NCBI GenBank assembly: GCA_001599295.1
Contig: BCGN01000005.1
Coordinates: forward strand, 1,054,001 to 1,118,000
DNA from: Sporopachydermia quercuum
Taxonomy: Eukaryota
Reading direction: 5' to 3'
Length of the DNA stretch: 64,000 nucleotides
This document shows positions 12,176 through 25,549 of this stretch, one piece after another. Within the stretch, counting starts at the first letter, position 1; each line of letters starts with the position of its first letter. Below the pieces are notes generated by a model. That model was not told where the DNA came from. It ran no database searches and saw only the letters and a list, made by a program, of their open reading frames with translations. A program made the translations under genes and the position numbers.

Positions 12176-13492
12176 ATGTTCAAATCGATAGCTGGATCAA
12201 AACGCACTTTCTCTTCGTTTGTATGTAGGGAAAGCTTTAAGATAGTCAATAATTATCATACTCCAGATTATACAGTAACGCAGCTAAGATTTTTATTGCC
12301 TTTGGATTATCACAAGCCAAAAAGTAGTGAAAGGATTTCACTACCGGGACTTTTAATACGCAGAGGAACATTTAAAGAGGACACTCCAATCAATATTGAC
12401 GCATCAGATCTGTTTCTCTATATTGACACAGGTCCTGGATATAAATCATCCTCATCTTTAGATGATATAAGTCAAATTAGGGATTTATTTTCTGCAAATT
12501 ACGATGTTTTACTTCTGAAGCAAAGAGGATTATATGAAGAATCGCTTTTGAATTTGGAGAATTTGAGCCGCTTACCCTTAGAATCTAGTATCAAACATTT
12601 AAAAGATTTCACACCAAAATCAATTATCAAAGATTGCGAAACAATCAGACAGCTTTTAGTTGGTGATAAACGATGGTCGTTCTATGGAGCGGGGTTTGGC
12701 AGCTTTATTGGCCTTTTATATCTACACTTACACCCGGATAAATTGATAAGAACCATACTTGATGGACATGCACCACATTTTACAGTTCTACCGGAGAAAT
12801 TTTACGAAGCAGCTTTAGAACGTTTATCTGCTCAAAATAAGGAGTATTTCAATAAGTACCCAGGATCAATTCCAAGGGTGAAAGAAATATGCGAATATTT
12901 GGCCCGTAATGAGGTCAAGCTAAGTGATGGGGGTATAATGTCTATTCAAAGGTTTCAAACTATTGGAAGATTACTAGATAAGCAATATGGAGATCAGGTA
13001 TTAGATTTATTTATTGAAAGGATGAAATATGATTTAGAAACTAAAAGGAAGTTAGGTGAAAAAACCCTAGAGAGTATTCGACGCTACACATCAATAGATT
13101 CGTATATGACTGATTTAATAGCAACGGAAGCCATATATGCTGAACTACAAGAGGCTGATCATTTTCTCATGGACAAAGTGAAACGGGAGAATAAGGCATT
13201 CGGTCAGTTCAATTTTAGTTATTTTTCTGAGGGTTTTGAAACGCTTCCCAAAAGACTCCAACCATTATACCTTACAAGAGGAGTTTTGTATGAGGATATG
13301 TTCAAAGATTATGCCGAATTACAGAAAATAAAAGAATTCGCTCAAAGTGAGTTTGGCAGACCAAATTGGTCTTCAATTATGATGTTTTTGCTTTACATGA
13401 TGGAAACAGGAGAAATACAGAAACATAAAATGAGCTTAGGTCGCTTAAACTACAAACGATACGAGTTGAAGAGACGACACAAGAGGTATTAG
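12176..13492 (+). CDS. Proline iminopeptidase-like alpha/beta hydrolase, probably catalytically inactive, with a possible mitochondrial presequence
   Basis: Motifs RFLLPLDY, YIDTGPG, QRG, SIIKDCETIRQLL, WSFYGAGFG, N..YF.KYP, LSDGG.MS.QRFQ.IG and LYLTRG.LYEDMF.DY.EL follow the fungal/bacterial PIP family. The nucleophile motif reads GAGFG instead of GxSxG. The N-terminus (MFKSIAGSKRTFSSF) is Ser/Arg-rich. Confidence 0.75.
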   Translation: MFKSIAGSKRTFSSFVCRESFKIVNNYHTPDYTVTQLRFLLPLDYHKPKSSERISLPGLLIRRGTFKEDTPINIDASDLFLYIDTGPGYKSSSSLDDISQIRDLFSANYDVLLLKQRGLYEESLLNLENLSRLPLESSIKHLKDFTPKSIIKDCETIRQLLVGDKRWSFYGAGFGSFIGLLYLHLHPDKLIRTILDGHAPHFTVLPEKFYEAALERLSAQNKEYFNKYPGSIPRVKEICEYLARNEVKLSDGGIMSIQRFQTIGRLLDKQYGDQVLDLFIERMKYDLETKRKLGEKTLESIRRYTSIDSYMTDLIATEAIYAELQEADHFLMDKVKRENKAFGQFNFSYFSEGFETLPKRLQPLYLTRGVLYEDMFKDYAELQKIKEFAQSEFGRPNWSSIMMFLLYMMETGEIQKHKMSLGRLNYKRYELKRRHKRY

Positions 13493-13777
13493 TTTTTAAT
13501 CTAGCAGCTGTTCTTAATTTCATTATATTATTCAGATTCTCCTCTCATCAGATATCAACTGAAGGTGATTTCCGTCCAGAATCACAACAAACATTTCTGC
13601 GATTCTTTGATAGAAAGAAGTCTCAAACGCAGCTTGATTGCACAAACCATTCGAGCGTATCTATTCATCATCGTTTTGAGTGACTGATATTATACTTTTT
13701 GCTCCAGCAAGTAACAATAACGAAGTCTAAACAATACTCGCAAGTACTACCTTGTATATATGTATATAATAAGATCT

Positions 13778-15309
13778 TTATTTTATTTGAAACCCTTCAG
13801 TCATATCATCGAGATCATCATCACTTTCAAAAACAAAATCTTCAGGGTCCAAATCATCATCCATTTCATCACCAGGAATACGAATGACTTGCCCTAATGA
13901 TCTGGATTGTGATAGTATATCGGTTGAACTACCTAATTGTCGTAGTAGATTCTGATTGTACAACTGGAAGTCCTCATCATCAGAATAATATTCAGGTTTC
14001 ACGAATTCTGGATTATTTAATATGTACTTATTTTTAAAAGCTTCGTCATCTCCTTCGTTAGCCTCTTTTACTAGATCCTCTATTTCCTGTTCCAATCCTT
14101 CTAAAATTGAGTCATTGTCCGATACGTCTTCGTTCTCGGGATAATCGTTTTGATAATAATCCTCCGCTATTCAGAAGTTAGTATTTACTGATTGGTTAAC
14201 GGGTTGGCTAATTTTATGTCCCATACAGATGAATTCATTACTTACCGTTTGAGTCATCATTGTCGGTCCCAGTATAATTTTCGTCTTCAATCTCATTCAG
14301 TAAAGGATACTCGTCATCGTTGTCAATTAAGCTATTGATATTGTCTGTTAGTATATTGTCTAAAGTCAATGAACTAATAACTTCCCGAGCATCGTATTCG
14401 CAATACCTGTTTCATGTCTTAACTTACATATAACCAACAGCACCAACAAGGGAACTGGAGGGAGAAAGATTCTGCCGATAATACACATCATAAACATATT
14501 CTGACTCATCAGCAAAGTCCGAAATAGCAGATTCATTTGTTTGATCCAATACTGTCACACTAGATACTGAAATATCATTATTAGAAATATTAGGCCTTGG
14601 AGCTGTTCCTGATGACTTTCTTTTCTTTCTCTTTGTCGGCTCATGTATTTCCGGTGAAACAGGAGTCAATTCGTCCTCATCTATCAATCCAATATCTTGT
14701 AAGCGTCGTAACATCTTGGCATAATCTTCATCAGTAGTCCCCCCGATATAACTTTCAGCTATCGATTGACTACTGCTTTTCACGCCAGGGGCCTCATTCT
14801 TAGTACTAATAAGCTCAATTGGCGGTTGTAGTTTGTCTTTCCTTGATGTTGGAAATTTGAATAATTTTCGGGATGATTCTTCTTCATTTATAGGTTCATT
14901 TATCTTGGCTGCCTCAAGCACCAAACCTTCTGAAGGTGGCAATCGTTGGTCTGTCCTCGCAAGTTTGAATACTATAGAATGTTAGTACAAGAAAGAAAAC
15001 TGCTCGATACTATCCAAAAGACAAATACAACAAATAAATCATTCTTACCAATTCCTGCTATTTTCTGTTTCTTCGCAAGATCATTGCTCCTTTCTAGGTC
15101 TGTTATAACTGTTAGTAGCTAATAACTTTGAGGCTCATTTTGTTCTGTAACAGAAGTGAAGTCCAAAGCTCTGGATTGACAATAATAGTACAACAGCAGT
15201 GAGTACCTAACTATTAATCTTAAAACATACACAGCGCCGTAAGGGGATCCTGCTCCCTCTTTCTTTTAATTCTCAAAACCTCAGGAGGCTCTTTGGTTCT
15301 CGTGTTCAT
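13778..15309 (-). CDS. IWR1: RNA polymerase II nuclear import protein Iwr1 (5 exons)
   Basis: Exons 15309-15231, 15099-15049, 14971-14428, 14331-14246 and 14166-13778 join in frame. Motifs PEVLRIKRKREQDPL, EYVYDVYYR and DSNAEDYYQNDYPE are present. All four introns have GTAWG donors and TACTAAC branch points. Confidence 0.92.
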
Positions 15310-16082
15310 AGCTAGAGTCATTATAATTCAATTGTCTATGTTTTCCGTTTGTATTGATGGTAATGATGTCAATAGACCGACTAACTTAACTTGTCAAGGT
15401 TATCTTCTCAGAGATATCTGCAATCAAAAAACTGGAATTCCTTATCAAACTTGTCCGTCAATTCACACATGAATTTCGTTAAATGTAAAGCCAATTTCAC
15501 CTATAAACAAGCANTCAGTGTCTGTCTTCCAGTGGAAATGTTCCATTTTGCCAACTTGTTGATCCAATTGATTCTCTACATAGACATATTAGAACATGTG
15601 ATGAACACATCAAGTTTCGTTCTAGTATCATTTAGGAAGAAGAAAGATGTGGTTTGTACTGAAATCGGAAATTATGGTTGAATATTAAGGTTGGCGTTCG
15701 TTTCCGTTATAGTATTGTATCACAAATCTTAACTAGCTCATCACAACAGCAAGAAACGGAAGATCACATTGGAAATTCGGATAAACAACAGGTATTGATC
15801 AGTATTTGAAAGAATGGCACCTGTATTCTGAGCCCTATAACTGTAACAGTAAACTGAAAGTACTATCATTCATTTATATAGAAAAGGATTACACGCTAGC
15901 TTGTACTAGAATCAGGTCTCGATTCTAAAAAGCCCGTGAATAAACAGTAGTAGTAGCTATACATAATTCGCTAATTCATTTTGCTAGATAGACTTCTTAC
16001 ACTTTTATTGCTAACAAATGACAATAAAAATAGGTATCCTTAGCATAAAAGCTGGCTTTGAAAACATAGATACTGAGGAAGA

Positions 16083-17880
16083 ATGACAAAAATGAAATCA
16101 AACACCATATCGCCATATGCCAACTATTTACTTAGCCTGTTCTTTCGAGATCACAGTGATGAACCTGAGCAGAGCCATTCGGAATGGGATACTTCAGCTT
16201 ATCAAGAACAAGTAAGCCAACGTATGACATTGCAAAATTACAGCAGAATGAATAATAGTCGAAATAATGCAAGTAGTTCAAATACAGTCTTTGACCACAG
16301 AAGGCATCGCACAAGACTGATTAGACGTTGTGAGTACATAAAAATACCATCAACAACCTTTAATTACGTAACAGTTGATAGAAATCCTAACTAATATTCA
16401 AAGCATTAGTCAGTCAGCAAGATGGCTCTGATGCACACCCAGTAATTACAGCAACTGAGCAATCTCAATACAACACACCNTTGATGTCAGGTGCACCTTT
16501 CAATTCAGATTCTCATATCAGCACTAAACTTGCCTCGAAACTCAAGAATATGCTTCCAGAAAACTACTGTTTCCTCAGTCAGCGCTCCTTACCATCACCT
16601 AAACAATTTAATGGGAAAAATGATTCTGTTGTAAATGATAACGCTTCTAATTCACCTTCCATTTGGGGTGAGGAGGGATACGGGGAAATAGCGGAAAACA
16701 TGTTAGAATCGAAAATTACGGAAACAAAAAAAAGTAATGATTTCCTAAATTCTCGTTTCCTTTCTAAAACTGCAAAAGCCAAGCAAAAGACCAAAGCGAC
16801 ACTTGAGAAAGGGGAACGATTATCCAGAGTAGAAGCTTTTGAAGTTGCATGCAAGTATATAGCAGAAAATATATTTCTAGAAAGTGAGATGTCATCAGAT
16901 AGTAATAGTATGATTCAAGAGGAAGGTGTGCAAGACGTCCGACGAAGAGAGGATCAGTATCAGAATAATCACAACCAGCAACAGCATCATCAGCGGAATC
17001 TTCATCAGAATCACCGTTATCATCATCGGCAGCAACAACAGAATTCTAATAATCAAATGGTCTACACTAGAAAAAACAATAGCAGATTTCTGGATACCAG
17101 AAAAGATATTCCTGGGTTTTTTAGAGAGGCCATCAAAGAGAAAAACCTAATACGAAAGCCACACGAGGAATCCGTCATAGTATCAATACCAGGCATACCT
17201 CAAGACGAAGTGCATAGGATATCAAAGGCCATCTCAGAAATAGGAGATAAGAAAATAGAAACAAACGCAGCTAATAGTCAGCAAGAACAAAATACTGATC
17301 TAAACAGGGCAGAAAGAGAAAAACGACAGAAATTCTCAAGACCTATCTCGTCCACGTTTAGGAATAAACAAACGGGTCTTTCAATGCTAAACAGGAGGCT
17401 CAACTTTGGCATAAGTAATCTTGGTAGTAAATCTAAAGCCAGCAATAGACTGGATGAAGAGTTGGTGAATAGTGCTACTACAAGGGTTAACAACACTGGT
17501 TATTCGCCAACAAGCTCCAGCAATATGCTGTCGGGCTTGAGCGACAGTGTAGACCTTGGCCATTATAGGTATTATGATGGCTCCCGGCAGGATGGTGAAG
17601 ACAAAACCCAGTTTGACCAACTAAATGCCGAATTAGAGGATAGTTTGAAACAAATAAATGAGAAGCATAGTAAGTACAATCATTTGATGTTTTTTCAATA
17701 TTGGCCTAAGGCATATCGTTTATATGTATTTACTAACGTGAAATTCAAACAGATGAAACACCTTATGGTAGCAACGAACTGATACGAAAAGCATATACTG
17801 ATAAGAAGCTTATGGGAAACGATGGAATAAGAGAAATGGTCCAGGTATCATTGAAGAAGCTTGTTAGAAACTCTACCTGA
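16083..17880 (+). CDS. Hypothetical low-complexity (N/Q/S/H-rich) protein, 3 exons
   Basis: ORFs 16083.. and 16481.. join in frame via an intron from GTGAGT 16330 to AG 16403 or 16409 (CTAAC branch). A second intron from GTAAGT 17670 to CAG 17752 (TACTAAC) gives a final exon ending at TGA 17880. No domain was recognised. Confidence 0.7.
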
Positions 17881-19058
17881 GCAAAGAAACGCCATCAATA
17901 AGAAGTCGCCGGAACGAGATTTTAAGATAGAACTGTTCATCACGGTGAGGATATGATCTGTGAAGACTAATTACTTTACTCATGAAACAAATATAGGTTG
18001 GAATGCGTGATCTGAGCATTCTTACTTGATCATTTCATGTTATACCATGAAGCATTAGAACCAGCAAATGAGATCATTGACAGTTCTAAATNGACGCTCG
18101 AGGGCTCTCTAGTCAGAAGGCTCTCTCTAGTCAGTTGCCTCTCCATTCTATTTACGACAGAGACTGTGTTATTCACCCTGAAAAACCTAGGAGTCCAAAA
18201 GTAATTCAATAAGAGACATCTTTTCGACTACTCATTTAATGACGTAGTTACCATGTTGATTCTTTAATTTGATTGGGAACGAATATAGGCAATACTGTGA
18301 TGATGATTTCCCTAGTATCGTTCACCTGGAATTATCTTTCTTGTTCCAATATATACATACGTGGCCTTTGTCTCTCGGTTTTCATCAATATTCCATCGAT
18401 CCTTTTCTTTTTATTACTACATCCCACTATTTCTCTACTTTGTACTATGTAGCGCTGTATTTATATAAAATAATCGATATGCAAATATAATATCTCATCC
18501 TTACTCTATTATTTGCCTATCTTATGTGAGCTCATCACTTTTCCTTCTTATCATGATTACCTGATCGATTATTTCAATATCACATGACTAATAAATACCA
18601 AATTGATACAACTCAGTCCCCCTTTATTCAGATAATAACGGAAATGATTCTCCTTTTCTCTCTTATCAGCTCATCCATCCCATCTTTTGATGATTGCCTA
18701 ACTAACCTAAACTATCTCTCCTTGTATTTCTCCTGATGATTTCATTAGCTCAAGTATAAAATATGCCATTATTCTTTGGTCTTCCTTAAAGTTATTAACA
18801 GATTCTGATTATCGTGTCAGTGCTTGTATCGACTGATTGTTTACTTTACCCTAACGTAAAGCTCGACTCTTTGTTGTGTGATTTATGTCCTGGCGATAAG
18901 GATCACGTCAAGCGTTTATTAATACTAACTGCTTTCATTGCATTCTTTCTGGTTTGGAGAGTTGGCTGAAAAGGTCGAAATCTACGGCAGTAACTGTTTT
19001 AAGTTGAGTTATTCATTTCTCTCAATCGATCATAGCGAAACCCGAAAGTACAGTTACA

Positions 19059-19661
19059 ATGCTCAGCAGAAGAAGTATCTACATGCTTTCTAGCGTCCGA
19101 CTATGTAACAAATCCAGTCGCACATTCTACAATAGTAGTTTTAACATGGCCCAGTTTTCAGACGACAAAATGGTCAAATTATCAGCCCCATTTTTTGCTG
19201 ACCCTTCAAGGACAGTAGATGGAGAAGAAGCTCCATTAACTGCCGGTAAAATCAGAGATGAGCCTACGCCTGTGTTAGACTACTTTGTTCATAGGAACTC
19301 TGGTAACTTGGAATTGGAGCCTGAAGAAAGAGAGACGTACCAGCAATTACCTGATGATAACAGATTTCTGGATCAGCATTATGATGAGCTAATTTATTAT
19401 AAGAAGAAGCTTGGTAATAAGAAGTATGGTGATTTTAAAACTGGTAAACAGTTGCTACAAGCTTTGGAACAGTTCAGACCTGATTCTTCAAAAGAAATAA
19501 CTAGTGAAGGCATCAAGTTCGAATTGTTCCTAAGAGATTTGAAAAAGATGGTGATTCTTAATGGTGGTCATGTATTTATTTTAGATGTTTTGATTCACAG
19601 TAAATCAGTATTCGAATCATTTGAACAATCTAAAAGACAGAAGAAAGAGCAATCCTCATAA
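19059..19661 (+). CDS. Hypothetical protein with a probable mitochondrial presequence
   Basis: 200-aa ORF; the N-terminus MLSRRSIYMLSSVRLCNKSSRTFY is Arg/Ser-rich and has no acidic residues. Confidence 0.75.
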   Translation: MLSRRSIYMLSSVRLCNKSSRTFYNSSFNMAQFSDDKMVKLSAPFFADPSRTVDGEEAPLTAGKIRDEPTPVLDYFVHRNSGNLELEPEERETYQQLPDDNRFLDQHYDELIYYKKKLGNKKYGDFKTGKQLLQALEQFRPDSSKEITSEGIKFELFLRDLKKMVILNGGHVFILDVLIHSKSVFESFEQSKRQKKEQSS

Positions 19662-19879
19662 AGTTTATTTGGGTAGGTCAGGCTATATACAAGTAGCCAT
19701 AGGTTGATGATATATCGAATATACAATATCACAACGTTTTCACTATATATCACGATCAACGAATAGCTACAGTATTGTATGATGCATTCTCGTATTTATT
19801 CAAGTGGATAATAATTACTCCCCTATTTCCACTGAGCAGCATTCTTTTTTAAATATGTATTTTATTTTATCCAGCAGTC

Positions 19880-22800
19880 TTACTCGTTGGGTAAATCCTT
19901 CAAATCTTCGAAACAGCGGAAATTCACTTGTGAGGAAAAGATTGCCTTTTCCACTGCGTCGCCAATAAAATTTTCCATGTTCTTCTGTTTCCAATTCTCA
20001 CTAATGGTTTTCTCTACTAACCCAATTGTTGACTCTGTAACACTAGGTAGTTCAACCAATCCGCCAGCACTAAGAACACGACTAATAAACTCGACATCAA
20101 TTCTGCTTTGGGCACATGCCAATGGCGTCAGGCGAGGTAAACTGCGCAAACCATCCAAGTATACTTTTGTAAGGTGATCTTCCAGCTCGTAGACAATCTT
20201 ACGTACTAACTGTATAGACAATTGAGACACGAGTCCAAAAGATGATACAATGACCATTAACCCATGATATACGAAGGCTGATACATCTGTTGGTAGTTCT
20301 GCATCGTCAGAGGCGCTGAGCCAAAATGATTTCACTGCTGCTAAACCAGATTTCACAATACGTGTTATGACAGCCTTTGTCTTCTTCGTATAATTTTCAA
20401 ACAATGTCAAATCAATTTGATCCAATACTGCATCGACCCTCAATCGTTGGCCTCTAAAAGAAACATTAAAGCTGGTCTCAACATGATCCAGTAGTTGGGG
20501 ATATATTTTGTTTTTTAGAAGATAGATATTCGACAAGGTAAGCAAAATATAACGATCCAATTGGTCTAATTCGGACTGTCGGGATTCGTACTGCGCAACG
20601 GTTCGGAACGGCACGGAAAGCTCAACTTCTGTTGGTTCGGAGATCTTCTCTTGTTCGCGAGCGACTACCTGCATTAGAGACTCGAGAATGATTTCCAGGG
20701 TTCTAACAAACTGCATCTGCACAGCCACAAGCAATTGTTTAGAAGCCACCGGAATAACGAGTGCCACTGTGTGTTCAGGATTCGCATTCGAACTTGGTTC
20801 CGAGTCTGTTTTGCTCAAAGTTTTTCCATATTGTAGCATTTCACTTAGGGCATCTATAACCATAATTTCATACCTTTGAATAATCTCCACTACTTTAGAA
20901 GATTCATTTTGCACTTTGCCCGCCATACCAAATTCTTCTAAACGACCAAGAAACTGCGAATCATGTAACCAACTAGCACTTATAGCTCCTACGCATCTAT
21001 CAAGTACCATTTGACTTCCTGCTCGAAGAGTATCAACCATTGTGGAATCAACATTTAATATGCCTAAGTTATAAAACATGTTAACGGTTTTAGTATAAAA
21101 CTGAGTAACATATCGGATAGTTCCTAAAGAGTTTGCTCCGATAGGAATAAACCCAAAACTAACTAAATCGGTTCCGTTCCGTTCCGCAGTTTTTTTACGT
21201 TTTACTCCGTCTTCCTGTTGGCCGTATGTTTCGAGTGATTTCTGGGTTAGAGAGAAAAATTCAATTATCCGTGTTGTGAGCATCTCGCTAGTAGATAACA
21301 TTATTTCTCGAATTCGTTTTTTCTCTAGTTCCGAGAACCTCAAATGCACTACTGACTCATCATTATAACCTCTAGGAAGTGTTTCCTGCAGTTTCCCTGG
21401 AAGCATTTCAAAACACTGACGGAGAAACAGAAATACTTGAGGGCCTAGATTTTCAGTCAGCTCTTCCATTAATTTCTTTTCCATGATCCATTGCTCGATA
21501 ATATCAGAGACATCTACCAATGACCCGAACTCTGCCTTGGTTGGATCCTTCAAAGTTGAAATAAACGATCTACCAGCTGCTCCGAAATACCCTGACTCAG
21601 ATTTAGACATAGCAGAAAGTGTCAAATGGAGCACCTGAACTCTTCTCACCAGTTTCTCGTATGTTTCTGAAATGGTGCGTTGTAAATACTTTCCCCGGAA
21701 TTCAACCCATTTCAACAGTGGATTATCATCAACTCCTAGTTCTATTAACCTTGATATTGTTGTAATATGATCTTTTGCTCCTGTTCCCGACTGATTTGTG
21801 GTAGAGATACCTCTGTTGCTAGCACCTGCTTTGCTGAGGTCGTACCACAGTTCTTGTCTGTAGTTATCAATAATGCTTTCTACTTCGTCCCATATACGAT
21901 CAATGAGCATTTGAGTATGAAGAAGGTATTGCTGTTCTTCTCTGCTATTAGCCGTTGAAGTCAATAGTAGTGATTCCCCATCGATAATGCTTCTTCCCTT
22001 TCTATAGTCGTAGACCAAAGAGTCATGGTCTCTGTTCTTTACATGCTTCATAAGTGTACTTGGAAGGTTAAAGAAGTACTGATTGGACTCAATAGCATCA
22101 AGGGTTATTTTCAGTATTTGTTCTTTTATTTTGGCGTCAATTACAGGCTGGGCAATAACTGTTGTTCTGGATGTCACCTCTAAATTCCTCTGTCAGTATC
22201 GTAAGAAACAGAAAACAATAATAATATTAATTAACAGCTTTACTTCTTAGACCATAACCATGTAATGTGGTCCCTTGTAATATGACATTCTTAATCTCAT
22301 ATACGTACCATCAATGTAATTACGTAATTCCGCAATTGCAAAGCCATTCTCTTCATCAAGAAGCCCTAAAGCTTTAAATCTGTTGAAAACAGCGTCGAGG
22401 TAACTTTTGCTTCGTACAAAGTTCATGAATTCTTTTTCAACAAGAGTTTTCAATGCATGGGACTGCTGAACTAATTGAACATCTAGATCTCCTAGAGCAT
22501 TGTTTAATTGGTCAAAACTGTCTTGCGCGTGTAGATTGAGTAAATATGACTGAGGAATGAATTTTCTTGAAGATACAAGATAGTTGGATGCTAGTGATCA
22601 GTAAGTTTTATGTTAGTTGTAGTACTTTGATAAAGAAATATGATGCTATGTATTAACTGAAGAGTAGATTCGCTTTGTTCGCCATTTTTTAAGGCAATTA
22701 CATAATTCACCTTTCAATCAAACTTACCGAGTGACAGCTTTTCGTCTTCACTCATATCATCAGAAATAATTCCGCGAGCTCGTAGCTCATCATATATGCT

Positions 22801-23058
22801 ATTGAATGACCCTAAAGGATCAGCGTCATCGTGGAATTGTTTCCCCAGGTTTGGTCCTAAAGAGCCATATCTATCGTGTTCGTATACTTGTCGTAGAATT
22901 ACATATGATTGATCAATATCATGATGTGCTGAATAATCAATAGATAAAAGGTCCGGTCTCACAGACGACTCTATCCAACTAGTTGGATTGAGTGTATTGA
23001 GATTGTATACATCCAATAGCTCTTGCTGGCTTACTGGTTGAATATTGTTACTTGACAT
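19880..23058 (-). CDS. SEC5: Exocyst complex component Sec5 (3 exons)
   Basis: Exons 23058-22728, 22590-22309 and 22179-19880 join in frame (GTAAGT and GTACGT donors). Motifs YNLNTLNPTSW, DPLG, YLVSSRKF.P..YL..LH, LKTLVE..F..FVRSK and FFNLPS.L are Sec5-like. Confidence 0.92.
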
Positions 23059-23593
23059 TATGATGATGTTTCACCATATAAGTATTATTCAATCGGTAAT
23101 GGCTTTCCTGGGAAAGACTTCAAACCAATTAGTATGTATATATGTTAATAGAAGCAATTATAAATAATAGGGATAAAAGAGTAGTAGTAACAAAGAATAG
23201 GAAAAGCTATTGATTTACTTGGTTGATTTAGGATAGATTTTTAATGAATATACACTATTATTATACCCACTTGATGGTTTGTGTTAAAGAAATGTCTCAT
23301 GTTGGGAGTGGTACAAACACGTGATTCGATATGTTATGGTAACTCTTCGTGTGCAAATATGGATGGCGGATCGGATTGGGCCGGATCGGATCATGTATTC
23401 TTTCAAAGATTTTGGCGGAACGGGGAGAAATTGGAGAATATATTCTCGTTAATAACTATTATAATCATTGTATATACTCTTATGTTTAGTATGGTTCAAT
23501 TAATTCATAAATCCGATTTTATTGGTGATTAGTTGAAAACAGTTAACGCATAGTGAGTACGGAAGTAAAATATAGTACATAAATTGATACAAC

Positions 23594-24173
23594 CTATCGT
23601 TTATCCTTTCTAATAGGTTTTCCCTTAGTCACACCAGCCCTGGCTCTGACTGTATCAGCTTTTGGTTTAAACATTGGGGCATGTCTATATTGTTTGTATG
23701 TTAGTAAGACCTTCTCTGAGCAGAGCAAAAAACGAACATTAAGAAAGCGGGCAAAAGGATAAATGATAACTTACTTCAGCATATCAGGAACCATAAAAAA
23801 TCTGACATGGGACCCTCGAATGAATACTTGTTCTAAATGTGAAACACGACCTTCTGTAGCTGTAACTGTCACATCACGTAGCTGAACATTCATATTATCT
23901 TCCACTATTGATCAGTTAGTTGGTTGGTCACATTGTATACTAAGTAGTACCAGCTTAATATTTCATTCCCTGAACTCTACAACATACCTTCAATTAGTTT
24001 CCCCCTATACGTTTCTCCCGATGTGAGTTCTACCGTAACATAGTGTCCCTAATTATTACGGTTAGATTTAGCTGAATACACAATCCCTTTTCTTCTCAAA
24101 AAACATCAACAACCCTAAAAGTACTTACCTGTGATTCATTCAACAGTTTCACTGGTATTCCTACTGTAGACAT
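23594..24173 (-). CDS. SMD3: Small nuclear ribonucleoprotein Sm D3 (4 exons; not in the ORF track)
   Basis: Exons 24173-24129, 24048-23988, 23904-23775 and 23684-23594 give [84 protein letters not shown]... Confidence 0.97.
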
Positions 24174-25117
24174 TCTTAGAAAGGTTATTTAGATAAATGT
24201 CCACAGAAAGCCCTTAAATAAACTATTAAATAAAGACTCACTCTTTGTTTAATTGTATTCTCTCCATGAAAAGTCTCATTTCAGTGATTGATCGTACATA
24301 CACTAGTCTACTTCATGTCAATGATTCTATTTGGCATTCCATATTCATTCTGTTATTAACTTTGTGCTTACATGAATGCCTTGTATGTTCTGGTGTTTAT
24401 GCAAGTTCAACATGAAGTTCCCAATTGGGTAATAGTGATTACTTATATATGAAGTATCTGAATCGAGATATTATATTACTTGCTCGGATTAGCTATCATT
24501 TTTCTGGACCTGTTCTGCATCCCAGTCTTCTATCTATTCATAATGGAAGTTTCCATAAATTCCAGGCCTTCCTATTTAGGCAATTATTGACTTCCCACTT
24601 ATTATTTTCATAATGAGAATTCTCGTCTGTATTATTGTCTCTCTTTTGAGGAAGTAATGTATGTAAATATTGCATTTAATTTACTTTGTTATCTAATTGA
24701 ATTCTTTTTTTCAGCATGGAATACTCATATTTATTTATGAGGTTCTTGTATCTGAGAAGGTAGCAGATCTAAATCAAATAATGTTTACCATGTGCTAATT
24801 CTTACTAAGTTGTCTTATCTAGCCTGGAACTGGGATTTCAATATGTATCAAATAGCTCCAGAAGCCGTTCTTTACCCAATACGTACAAGGGAAGGTTCAC
24901 GTTGCGACCCTAGATTCAATTTGAGAACGTATAAATGGAGTATGTTATTATCTACTATTTGGTGAGATATCAGATCGTGTAACATATAAGGAAGAGAAGT
25001 TTCAATTTTATAATTACCAACATAGTCATCGTTCAATAGAAACAGGAGTGAATCCTTTTACTACGGTGTATAAGGAAAACTCATTCTATTTGCTCGGAAA
25101 ATAACTCTCAAGACATA

Positions 25118-25549
25118 ATGCCCTCTTATTTCACATATCATCAACCCCCAGGACCTTTGGGTGAATTCTGTCAAAACAGAGGATTCTGCAATTCCATCAT
25201 TCTCCCAAAAAATTCCCAAACAGTGGTATTAGCAGGACAAGCTGGCATGGATCCTAAAACCTGTGAAATGGTAACAGAATCAACAGAAGCTCAAATTGAG
25301 CAAGTCTTTGATAATATTGAAGACGAATTGTTGGCAATGGGTGTTAAGGATGGATTAGGTGGGGTATATAAATTTTTGACTTTCATGAAGGAACCAAAAA
25401 AAGAGTATATCATGATGGAAATCTGGAGAAGAAGACAGCCTAATCATACACCTACATGGACTTGTGTTGGTTGTCCGGACTTTGCACTTGATGGTATGAT
25501 TATTGAAATTCAAGCTGAAGCTATTCTGTTAGATCGTTATGAAAACTGA
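25118..25549 (+). CDS. Rid/YjgF/YER057c/UK114 superfamily protein
   Basis: LAGQAGMDP, EAQIEQVFDNIE..L, HTPTWTCVG and GMIIEIQAEA match the family pattern. Confidence 0.88.
   Translation: MPSYFTYHQPPGPLGEFCQNRGFCNSIILPKNSQTVVLAGQAGMDPKTCEMVTESTEAQIEQVFDNIEDELLAMGVKDGLGGVYKFLTFMKEPKKEYIMMEIWRRRQPNHTPTWTCVGCPDFALDGMIIEIQAEAILLDRYEN

Noticed and set aside
18735..18930. Possible box C/D snoRNA (TGATGA..CTGA) or 5' UTR intron (TACTAAC at 18923)
   Set aside because: No terminal stem, rRNA-complementary guide or convincing donor site was recognised, and such short motifs are common in AT-rich DNA.
23367..23392. CGGAT repeated four times upstream of SEC5
   Set aside because: A very short repeat; it could be a Zn-cluster site but has no independent support.
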